Source: Armatimonadota bacterium (lineage in GTDB: Bacteria; Armatimonadota; Fimbriimonadia; Fimbriimonadales; GBS-DC). Taken from it: DNA of 24,696 nt. A program made the position numbers and the translations under genes. The notes below the pieces were generated by a model, which saw only the letters and a list, made by a program, of their open reading frames with translations, did no database searches and was not told the DNA's origin. Position 1 is the first letter of the stretch. Every line of letters starts with the position of its first letter. This document shows positions 1 to 7,397 of the stretch, piece by piece. Where the stretch lies: positions 1 to 24,696 of the forward strand of contig JBBIJY010000033.1 in the NCBI GenBank assembly GCA_037445735.1, given 5' to 3'.

Positions 1-283
1 AAATCCCATTTGCCTCGCTGGTTGTGTGTTGCGGGAGCGTACCCAGATTCTGCATCCCGCCTGAGGGCGTCCAGCGAAAAGCGAAGTTTTTCCCATCGGC
101 GCGTGTAAACCAGCCCGTAACCGCATTCCCATCGTCTGAGACGCCGCGCGCGACGCTGCTGGGATGCCCCAGTGTCCCGAGCCAGGTCAGGCTCTGGGCG
201 TTCAACACGGGCGGTGAGCCAAGCATCCCACTCAGCACCAGAGCGACCAGAGTTGCCATCATCAGCCATCGCACCGTTCGCAT
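1..283 (-). CDS. Secreted HAF-repeat protein, N-terminal part (runs off the window; not in the ORF track)
   Basis: Manual translation: MRTVRWLMMATLVALVLSGMLGSPPVLNAQSLTWLGTLGHPSSVARGVSDDGNAVTGWFTRADGKNFAFRWTPSGGMQNLGTLP. Signal peptide, then HAF-type repeat (AFRWT..GGM..LGTL). SD GAGGAGGT lies 7 nt before the ATG at 283. Paralogous to 1879..2430. Confidence 0.85.
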   Translation of the reverse strand, partial: MRTVRWLMMATLVALVLSGMLGSPPVLNAQSLTWLGTLGHPSSVARGVSDDGNAVTGWFTRADGKNFAFRWTPSGGMQNLGTLPQHTTSEANGI

Positions 284-413
284 GATGCATACCTCCTCAC
301 CCCCAGTATAATCTACTCCGTGCGCTTTCGGGTGTGCCGGAAGTGAAATTGCAAAACGGCGCTGTGGGAGGGTACAGAGAGCAGCAAAAGCGGTACAATA
401 GCAGGGGGCGTCA
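284..413. promoter_or_regulatory. Divergent promoter region between the HAF gene and the XRE-TPR regulator
   Basis: + strand GGTACAAT (392-399) lies 14 nt before ATG 414. Overlapping TATAAT (+, 307-312) and TATACT (-, 310-305) lie just upstream of the HAF gene SD. Confidence 0.5.
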
Positions 414-1721
414 ATGGTGCAGACCATCGGGGTGTGGATTCGGCAAGTCCGGCAGCGGCGGGGGCTTTCGCAGCACGCGCTGGCGCAGCGCGCCCGTGTG
501 TCTGCCAGCACTCTGAACCGCTGGGAGCGGGAAGTGACCCGTCCGTCGATTCCCGAACTGGAGCAGGTGCTGCAGGCGCTGGGCGTTTCATCCGAGGAAA
601 AACTGGAGGCGTTGCGCCTGCTGGAGGCGCCGCGTGCCCTGTGGACACTCCAGCAACTCACCCGTGAGCAACCCCATCCCTCGGGCGAGCCGTATCCCCC
701 CTTGCTGGGCGATTTGCTGGGGGTGTTGCGTCGGAGGCGCGGCTGGAGCGTCGCGCAGCTCGCTACAGCGCTGGCAGTGTCGGAGCGGAGCGTGCGCAGC
801 TGGGAACGCTCGCAGACCCTTCCCTCCGAGCAACACCTGCATATGCTGTGCTATGTGCTGCAGGCGAGCGCGGAGGAGGTCGCGTTCATCCTCACGCGCC
901 CGCTCTGGCTGGAGCCGCCAGACGCCCAAACGCCGCACGCATCCGCCGCCCTGCTGAAAATGCGCATCGATCAGATGCGGCAGTTGATCTGGCAGGGCGT
1001 CACGGAGGGGATGGAGTTGCGCCTGCTTGCGCTGGAGGCGCAGGCGTGGTGGCATGTGCGCCAGTGCCCCCATCACGCCGAACTGCTACGCGAGGTCTAC
1101 ACCCTCTGCTGCCAGTGGCACAGCCTGCACGGGCGCGTTCAGGACGCGGAGCGGTACGGCTATCGCGGGTTGCACCTGCTGCAGCGAGAGCGCGGCTTCC
1201 CCCGCAGCGCCGCATGGTTCATTATGGCAATCGCCCACAGCTACGCGGAGTCGCACAGGGGCGCGACGCGCCTGGTCGAATCGGCGGAGATTCTGCAGGA
1301 CTGGCTGCCGCAAATCAGCCACTCGGTGGAGCATGCGTCGTGGTTTTATCGCGAGATGTCCGAGTTTTATTCGGAGGCGCACCGGTATGATGAAGCCCTC
1401 TGCGCTTCCGAGCAGGGGTTTCAGATGATTCAGCGCTCGGACAGCGCTGTGGAGCATCAGCACGCGCGGGTGTCGCGCGCGCTGGTGCTGTGCCGCGTGG
1501 GTCAGCCCCGCCAGGCGCTGGAAATCCTGAACCCCCCGGAGAACCCGCTCCCGGCGACCCAGGCAACTTACCTGATCGTGCTGTACGAAATCCACCGCGC
1601 GCTGGGCAATCGGGAGCAGGCGCGGTCCGCGCTCGTGCAGGCGGAGCAGATTGCACAGCAGCACATGATTCAGCGAACACTGCGCGTCGTCGAACGCCTG
1701 CGGCAGACCCCTTGGAGCTGA
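414..1721 (+). CDS. Transcriptional regulator with two XRE-family HTH domains and a C-terminal TPR-like helical region
   Basis: IRQVRQRRGLSQHALAQRARVSASTLNRWERE and LGVLRRRRGWSVAQLATALAVSERSVRSWERS are both Cro/C1-type HTH patterns. The C-terminal half has TPR-like helices (YDEAL, GQPRQALEIL, LGNREQARSAL). Confidence 0.85.
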   Translation: MVQTIGVWIRQVRQRRGLSQHALAQRARVSASTLNRWEREVTRPSIPELEQVLQALGVSSEEKLEALRLLEAPRALWTLQQLTREQPHPSGEPYPPLLGDLLGVLRRRRGWSVAQLATALAVSERSVRSWERSQTLPSEQHLHMLCYVLQASAEEVAFILTRPLWLEPPDAQTPHASAALLKMRIDQMRQLIWQGVTEGMELRLLALEAQAWWHVRQCPHHAELLREVYTLCCQWHSLHGRVQDAERYGYRGLHLLQRERGFPRSAAWFIMAIAHSYAESHRGATRLVESAEILQDWLPQISHSVEHASWFYREMSEFYSEAHRYDEALCASEQGFQMIQRSDSAVEHQHARVSRALVLCRVGQPRQALEILNPPENPLPATQATYLIVLYEIHRALGNREQARSALVQAEQIAQQHMIQRTLRVVERLRQTPWS

Positions 1722-1833
1722 AGATACAGAGCGATTCGCTCTGTGTTGAGATAGAGCACCATCTGCTCGTAGTTCACCCCGTCGGGGCGACCCTGCAGGT
1801 CGTACTCCACCAGACGATGCAGCCCCATATCAT

Positions 1834-1878
1834 GCACCTCCTCCCGCAGCGTCGGGAAAGGGGGCAAGGGGGTGAAGG
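1834..1878. repeat. REP-like palindromic element, copy 1 (degenerate)
   Basis: gcacctcctcccgcagcgtcgggaaagggggcaagggggtgaagg: imperfect hairpin plus G-rich tail, similar to 3197-3235 and 24606-24652. Abuts the stop codon of 1879..2430. Confidence 0.7.
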
Positions 1879-2430
1879 CTAACATCCTGCCCCAAAGTGG
1901 AACAACACCGTTAGCAGGTCGGCGTCGTCTATGGTGCCGTCGCAGTTCACATCGGTGGGGTTGACGCCCGTTGCGCCGAAGGCGAACAGCACCATCAGCA
2001 GGTCAGCGTCATCCACACAGCCGTCGCCTTCCACATCGCCGTTGCGCGGCGTGCAACGGGTGTCTAACAGGTACGCTTCATCACGCCCCGTCGCCGCGTT
2101 AAAGCCAGCCCCCACGATGTACCGCCCATCAGGGCTGATGGCACGGGCTTCATCCAGCACCGAGCCATTAGTGAGCAGGCTGGCGTAGGTGAGGTTCAGG
2201 TCTTCCATCCCGCCTGCTGGCGTCCAGCGAAAGGCGCGAGCATAACCGCTGGAGTTGCGTGCCCAGCCCACCACCGTGCCGTCCGCCGAGATGCCTAAAG
2301 CCTCGCTCCTATTACCACCGAGCGTACCTAACCAAGTCAAACTTTGCGACCAGCACGCGGTCGCCAGCGACGATACCACCACACTCGCGCTCACAATCGC
2401 CCAGAATCGATGCCGTGCCAGTCGTCTCAT
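1879..2430 (-). CDS. Short secreted HAF-repeat protein with C-terminal duplicated dockerin-like (EF-hand-like) domain
   Basis: Signal peptide; QSLTWLGTLGG, AFRWTPAGGMEDL and ARAISPDGRYIVG; then GDVEGDGCVDDADLLMVLFAFG and TDVNCDGTIDDADLLTVLFHFGAGC. SD GAGGAGG upstream. Confidence 0.85.
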   Translation of the reverse strand: MRRLARHRFWAIVSASVVVSSLATACWSQSLTWLGTLGGNRSEALGISADGTVVGWARNSSGYARAFRWTPAGGMEDLNLTYASLLTNGSVLDEARAISPDGRYIVGAGFNAATGRDEAYLLDTRCTPRNGDVEGDGCVDDADLLMVLFAFGATGVNPTDVNCDGTIDDADLLTVLFHFGAGC

Positions 2431-2798
2431 GTCGCCCCCTCCTCTGGGATTGTCGGGAATGCCCCCTGCGGGGGATTTCCGCCTCTACATGACTCCAAAA
2501 GCGCCCGAAAGCGGACATCTCCTGGTTGGGTCTGGCTTGACGCGCACAAAACACCTGCGCGCCGATTGCGCCGGGAAATTCCCAGCGTAGCAGGCATCGC
2601 GCCCTCTCAGACGGATCAAAGCCCGGGAGGGAAAAACCGCTGCGACGAGATTTTGTCAAACGACCTGACCGTGAGTTTGAAGCCCAGGTCGCCCAATTTC
2701 TGGCAAACATCTGGTATCGCGGGGCGTGGGAGACAGCGCACGGGGTGCGTGGTCGGATCCTGCGCGGGCGACGGTGGCAGGGTAGGAACGCAGCCGCC

Positions 2799-3542
2799 CT
2801 AAAAGTGAGCCGATAGACAGCGGTGAAGGGCGTCGGTCAGCGCGTTGATTTCGATGGGGGGCGGCGTCGGGTGGGGATGCCCGAAAATCGCCTGCACAGG
2901 CACTTCGGGCGGGCGCACGGGAATCGACGCCTGCATCAGGAACCCGCGCTCGGATACCCGCAACGCACAACCCATCAGCTTGAGACCCGTTTCCACATGC
3001 ACGATATCGGTGAAGGCGGGCGTCGCGAAGCAGTCGCCCCCATCATCGACGCTCAGCGGGTCGGGCGCTGGCGCCGTGCCCATCATGGCAGGGATGCCCA
3101 CCTGCCGAAACGCCGCCACCAGTGCAGGAGCCAGCCAGAGATAGACTTGCCGCGGGTATAGACGGGAATAACTCCCACCCCAATGGCTTTTTGAATCCGT
3201 CTCCTCCAAAGGGGGAGAGGGCAGGGGTGAGGGGGTTCCGACCAGCGCCACGGTCAAATCGTGCCCGTGCAACACTGCTTTGCCTCCTGTGGGGCGGCGG
3301 AACAGCGGGATGTTGAACGCCTGCGCCGCCTGCACCAGCCGTTCGGGCAGACGCTGGGCATAGCCGTAAGTGATGGCGGGCGACGCCCACTGATACACAC
3401 GCAAAGTTGGCGGGATTGCGCCCCGCTCGAACGCCTCGAAGAGCGCGCTGTCCCGCGCCATATTCTGTTCAGGCGGGACGACGCCCTCGTTCAGCAGGCG
3501 CAGGCAGGCACCTCCTGCGGATAGACCACCTCGCCCTGCCAT
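2799..3542 (-). CDS. Lipoate-protein ligase / octanoyltransferase family protein (LplA/LipM-like)
   Basis: NMARDSAL, PTLRVYQW, RRPTGGKAVLH, CF and KLMGCA motifs. Directly downstream of gcvPB. Start uncertain (52-nt overlap with gcvPB). Confidence 0.85.
   Translation of the reverse strand: MAGRGGLSAGGACLRLLNEGVVPPEQNMARDSALFEAFERGAIPPTLRVYQWASPAITYGYAQRLPERLVQAAQAFNIPLFRRPTGGKAVLHGHDLTVALVGTPSPLPSPPLEETDSKSHWGGSYSRLYPRQVYLWLAPALVAAFRQVGIPAMMGTAPAPDPLSVDDGGDCFATPAFTDIVHVETGLKLMGCALRVSERGFLMQASIPVRPPEVPVQAIFGHPHPTPPPIEINALTDALHRCLSAHF
3197..3235. repeat. REP-like palindromic element, copy 2, inside the lipoate-ligase CDS
   Basis: ccgtctcctccaaagggggagagggcaggggtgaggggg: hairpin plus the same GGGAGAGGG..CAGGGGTGAGGG tail. 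Translated on the - strand as PSPLPSPPLEET. Confidence 0.7.
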
Positions 3543-4999
3543 CGCAGTATCAGGTTCTTCGCCGCGCTCGCCTCGTCCAGGCGGCGCACGGGCGTGTTGT
3601 GCGGCGCGCTCTTCAACAACTCGGGCTGCTCCGCCGCCTCACGCGCGATCTCTAACAGCGCGTTCGCGAACATATCCAGCGTCTGCTTGCTCTCGGTCTC
3701 GGTCGGCTCAATCATCAGGCATTCGGGCACAATCAGCGGGAAATACATCGTGGGCGGATGGAAGCCGTAGTCCAGCAGGCGCTTCGCGATGTCGAGCGCG
3801 CGAACGCCATAGAGCTGCTTATAGCGCTGCGCCGTGACCACGCACTCGTGCATGCAGAGGCGGTCAATGGCGGGCGGGAAGGCTTCTCGAATCCGCGTTA
3901 GCAGATAGTTCGCGTTCAGCACGGCGAACTCGGCAATCGTGCGCAGACCCTCGCCCCCATACGCCCGAATGTAGGCGTACGCCCGCACGAGGTTCAGAAA
4001 GTTGCCGTAGAAGGCATGCACGCGCCCGATGGAGTGCGGGTAGTCGCTGGCGAGCGCGTAGCGTCCGTCGGGCGTGCGCACGATGCGTGGCACGGGCAGG
4101 AACGGCTCCAGCCGCTCCGACACGCCAATCGCACCCGCGCCTGGACCACCACCACCATGCGGCGTGGAAAAAGTTTTGTGCAAATTGAGATGCATGCAGT
4201 CGAAGCCAATTGCGGCGGGCTGAACGATGCCGACCAGCGCGTTCATGTTTGCCCCGTCGCAAAACACCAGCGCGCCCGCCTCGTGCAGCAGCTCGCACGC
4301 CTTCTGCGCGTTGCGATCAAAAAGTCCCAGCGTGCTGGGATTGGTCAGCATCATCGCGGCGACCCGTTCGTTCAGCGCGGCTTTGAGCGCGTCCAGGTCG
4401 GTGTTGCCCTCCGAATCGGTGGGAATCGCTTGCACCGTGTAGCCGCACAGCGCGGCGGAGGCGGGGTTCGTGCCGTGCGCCGAGTCGGGCACCAGCACCA
4501 CCGTGCGTTGCTCGCCTTCACCGCGCGACTCGTGATAGGCTTTGATCAGCATCAGGCAGAGCAGCTCGCCGTGTGCGCCTGCCACATTCTGAAGGCTAAC
4601 TGCATGAAAACCCGTGATGGCTTTGAGGTCCTCCTGCAGTTCGTACAGCAGTTGCAACGCGCCCTGCGCCAGCGATTCGGGCAGCAGCGGATGCGCGTGC
4701 GTGAAGCCCATCAGCGCGGCGACCTTCTCGTTGATGCGCGGGTTATACTTCATGGTGCAGGAGCCGAGGGGGTAGAAACCGATATCGATGCCGTAGTTGC
4801 GCTGGGAGAGGCGCGTGTAGTGGCGCAGAGCATCCAGCTCGCTCACTTCGGGCAGGGCTGGCGGTTCGGCACGCAGATTCGCTTCGCCCAGCAACTCCGT
4901 CAGTGGACGCACCGGCACATCACACACAGGCGGACGCACGCCCTGCCGACCCGGCACACTGCGCTCGAAAATCAGCGGCACATCGACCTGACGACCCAT
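3491..4999 (-). CDS. gcvPB: Glycine dehydrogenase (decarboxylating) subunit 2
   Basis: PLIFERS, YPLGSCTMKYNP, SAHGTNPASA, PLP-lysine motif HLNLHKTFSTPHGGGGPG, IEPTETESK. Start moved from 5080 to ATG 4999, which matches the family N-terminus and follows a -10 box. Confidence 0.96.
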   Translation of the reverse strand: MGRQVDVPLIFERSVPGRQGVRPPVCDVPVRPLTELLGEANLRAEPPALPEVSELDALRHYTRLSQRNYGIDIGFYPLGSCTMKYNPRINEKVAALMGFTHAHPLLPESLAQGALQLLYELQEDLKAITGFHAVSLQNVAGAHGELLCLMLIKAYHESRGEGEQRTVVLVPDSAHGTNPASAALCGYTVQAIPTDSEGNTDLDALKAALNERVAAMMLTNPSTLGLFDRNAQKACELLHEAGALVFCDGANMNALVGIVQPAAIGFDCMHLNLHKTFSTPHGGGGPGAGAIGVSERLEPFLPVPRIVRTPDGRYALASDYPHSIGRVHAFYGNFLNLVRAYAYIRAYGGEGLRTIAEFAVLNANYLLTRIREAFPPAIDRLCMHECVVTAQRYKQLYGVRALDIAKRLLDYGFHPPTMYFPLIVPECLMIEPTETESKQTLDMFANALLEIAREAAEQPELLKSAPHNTPVRRLDEASAAKNLILRWQGEVVYPQEVPACAC

Positions 5000-5089
5000 A
5001 GCATTCAGAGTGTACCCAATCCTTAGCTCAAAAATGCGCCGATTGTCAGGTTCGAAGCGGGGCTGCACCCTCAGGTACACTCTCTATTG
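5000..5089. promoter_or_regulatory. Divergent promoters for gcvPB and recN
   Basis: GGGTACACT on - (5017-5009), 9 nt before ATG 4999. GGTACACT on + (5074-5081), 8 nt before ATG 5090. No SD in either spacer. Confidence 0.6.
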
Positions 5090-6763
5090 ATGCTGCTGGA
5101 GTTGCACATCGAGAATCTGGCGATTATTGAGCGGGTGGACATCGGCTTCGCGCCGGGCTTCAATGTGCTGACCGGGGAGACGGGCGCGGGCAAGTCGATC
5201 CTGCTGGGCGCACTGAATCTGGTGCTGGGCGAGCGGGCGGACCCGTCGCTCATTCGCACGGGCGCCGACCGCCTGCGCGTGAACGCCATCGTGCAACTGC
5301 CCGGCGACCCCGACCTGCAGGCAACCCTGCAGGAACTGGGTATCGAACCCGAAACGCACGAGAACGGTCAGCAACTGCTCTATCTCTCGCGCGAGGTGCA
5401 GGCAGGCGGGCGCTCCATCGCGCGCGTGAACGCTCAGCCCGTGCCGCTCAACACGCTCAAAGCCATCGGCGACCTGCTGGTCGATCTGCACGGACAGCAC
5501 GAACACCAGTCCCTGCTGAAGCCGAGCAGTCATCTCGACTTTCTGGATCGCTGGCTGGGCGAGCCGGTGCTGAACCTGCGCGCCGAAGTGCGCGAGACCG
5601 TGCGCCGCCTGTACCAGATTGAGAACGAACTGCAGGCTCTGATTGAACGCGAGCGCGAACGCGAGCAGATGATCGACCTCTACCGCTTCCAGATTCAGGA
5701 GATACGCAACGCGCACCTGCAAGCGGGTGAGGAGGAAAGCCTGCTCACAGAGGAGCGGCGACTGACTCACGCAGAGAAGCTGCTCGCGCTGGCAAGCTCC
5801 GCATATGAGTGCCTGATGGGCGAGGGCGGCGCGTATGATCGGGCTGCCGAAGCCGCCCGCCACCTGCACGAGATTGCCCGAATCGACCCCTCCGTCACTG
5901 ACTGGCAGGAAACGCTGGAGAGCGCGGCGGTTCAACTTCAGGAGAGCGCGACACTGCTGCGCCAGTATAGCGAAAGCATCGAGTACGACCCCGAACGGCT
6001 GGAGACGGTGATTGCCCGACTGGAACAGATTCGACGCCTGAAGCGCAAATATGGCGACACGATCGATGCGATCTTAGCCTATGCGACCGAGGCGGAGCAG
6101 AAGCTGCACGCGCTGGAGCATCAGACCGAGCGGCGCGAGGAGCTGGAACAGGAGCTGGAGGCGACGCGCGCCCGCGCGAACGCCCTGTGTGAACAGCTCA
6201 GCGCGGCGCGGCGCAACGGCGCAACCCGCTTCGCCGAGCAGGTGCGCTCGATTCTGACCGAGCTGGCGATGGAGCGGGCGCAGTTTGTGGTGAACCTCAC
6301 GCCGAAGCCGATGGACAGCACGGGCGCCGACGCGGTGGAGTTCCTGTTCAGCGCGAATCCGGGCGAGCCGCCGCGCCCCCTGCACAAAATCGCCTCGGGC
6401 GGCGAGCTGTCGCGCGTGATGCTCGCGCTCAAAACGGTGCTGGCAACCGCCTCGCCAGTGCCAACGCTGGTGTTCGACGAGATCGACGCCGGACTGGGCG
6501 GGCGAACGGCGCACTTCGTGGGCGAGAAGCTGGCTCGCCTGAGCCAGCACTTCCAGATTATCTGCGTCACACACCTGCCGCAAATCGCCAGCCGCGCCCA
6601 GCACCACCTGCTGATTGAGAAGCAGGTGGAGGGTGATACCACGCGCGTGATTGTCAGCGCGCTTCGCGATGAAGAGCGCGTGCGCGAAATCGCCCGCATG
6701 CTCACGGGCGAACCGACCGAAACCGCCCTCCAGCACGCCCGCGAACTGCTCGGCATGTCATGA
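5090..6763 (+). CDS. recN: DNA repair protein RecN
   Basis: MLLELHIENLAII, Walker A GETGAGKS, LHGQHEHQ, coiled coil, ASGGELSR signature, Walker B VFDEID, CVTHLPQIA. Confidence 0.97.
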   Translation: MLLELHIENLAIIERVDIGFAPGFNVLTGETGAGKSILLGALNLVLGERADPSLIRTGADRLRVNAIVQLPGDPDLQATLQELGIEPETHENGQQLLYLSREVQAGGRSIARVNAQPVPLNTLKAIGDLLVDLHGQHEHQSLLKPSSHLDFLDRWLGEPVLNLRAEVRETVRRLYQIENELQALIEREREREQMIDLYRFQIQEIRNAHLQAGEEESLLTEERRLTHAEKLLALASSAYECLMGEGGAYDRAAEAARHLHEIARIDPSVTDWQETLESAAVQLQESATLLRQYSESIEYDPERLETVIARLEQIRRLKRKYGDTIDAILAYATEAEQKLHALEHQTERREELEQELEATRARANALCEQLSAARRNGATRFAEQVRSILTELAMERAQFVVNLTPKPMDSTGADAVEFLFSANPGEPPRPLHKIASGGELSRVMLALKTVLATASPVPTLVFDEIDAGLGGRTAHFVGEKLARLSQHFQIICVTHLPQIASRAQHHLLIEKQVEGDTTRVIVSALRDEERVREIARMLTGEPTETALQHARELLGMS

Positions 6764-6786
6764 ATCGGGTATAATCTGGCTCAGCC

Positions 6787-7020
6787 ATGACAATTATTGT
6801 GCGCGCTCGGTTCGACGGTAAGGTCTTTGTGCCAGAGGAGCCTGTCAATTTGCCACCAGGTGTCGAGGGGTTTTTCTTCACCTCGACAGACCCCACAAGC
6901 GATTCGAACTACTGGATAAAAACCCAGTCAGAGGCTTTACAGGCTCTGCATCGCCTGGCTCAACGCAGTGTCCATCACGCAGACATCCCGGATGAGGCAT
7001 TGAGACGCGAAAGGCTATGA
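6787..7020 (+). CDS. Small putative antitoxin-like protein (AF2212/DUF104-like N-terminus)
   Basis: IVRARFDGKVFVPEEPVNLPPG resembles the DUF104-type beta motif. The C-terminal IPDEALRRERL resembles tails of PIN-associated antitoxins. Own GGGTATAAT box at 6767-6775. Confidence 0.6.
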   Translation: MTIIVRARFDGKVFVPEEPVNLPPGVEGFFFTSTDPTSDSNYWIKTQSEALQALHRLAQRSVHHADIPDEALRRERL

Positions 7021-7385
7021 GCGGACAAAAGCGAGAACCCTATGCGGAAGTCTACGAGTGCCTGACGGACATCCTCAAGTGCAAGTGGACGCTGGCGATT
7101 CTGGACGCGATTGCGCAGGGGATCAACCGTCCAGGCAAGCTGGAGCGTGCGTTGCCTGGCTTGACCCCCAAGGTGCTGCAGGAGCGCGTGCGCAAGCTGG
7201 AGCGGTTCGGGCTGATTCGACGGCAGGTGTACCCCGAAGTGCCTCCCCATGTGGAGTATGCGTTCACCCCGCGCGGAGAGCGACTGATCGAGCTGCTCAA
7301 AACCATCCGCGAGTTTGCCCGCCAGTGGGATAGCGAACGGCAGGCGACCGAAAGCATGCTGCAGGATGGGCGCGAGGCGCGGTGA
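7017..7385 (+). CDS. HxlR-family winged-helix transcriptional regulator
   Basis: KWTLAIL, LPGLTPKVLQERVRKLE, RQVYPEVPPHVEYAFTPRG. ATGA overlap with the upstream gene. Confidence 0.92.
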   Translation: MSGQKREPYAEVYECLTDILKCKWTLAILDAIAQGINRPGKLERALPGLTPKVLQERVRKLERFGLIRRQVYPEVPPHVEYAFTPRGERLIELLKTIREFARQWDSERQATESMLQDGREAR

Positions 7386-7397
7386 ATCGAACGGGGC

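Noticed and set aside
381-390. GCAGCAAAAG, also at 16931-16940, as a shared operator
   Set aside because: Only a 10-mer, at different distances from the putative -10 boxes; chance cannot be excluded.
5000-5080. N-terminal extensions in the ORF track for gcvPB (also wecB to 22553, pyrH from 22405, GT2 to 21274, M24 from 13741)
   Set aside because: They overlap promoters or neighbouring genes; downstream ATGs fit family N-termini and SD or -10 positions better.
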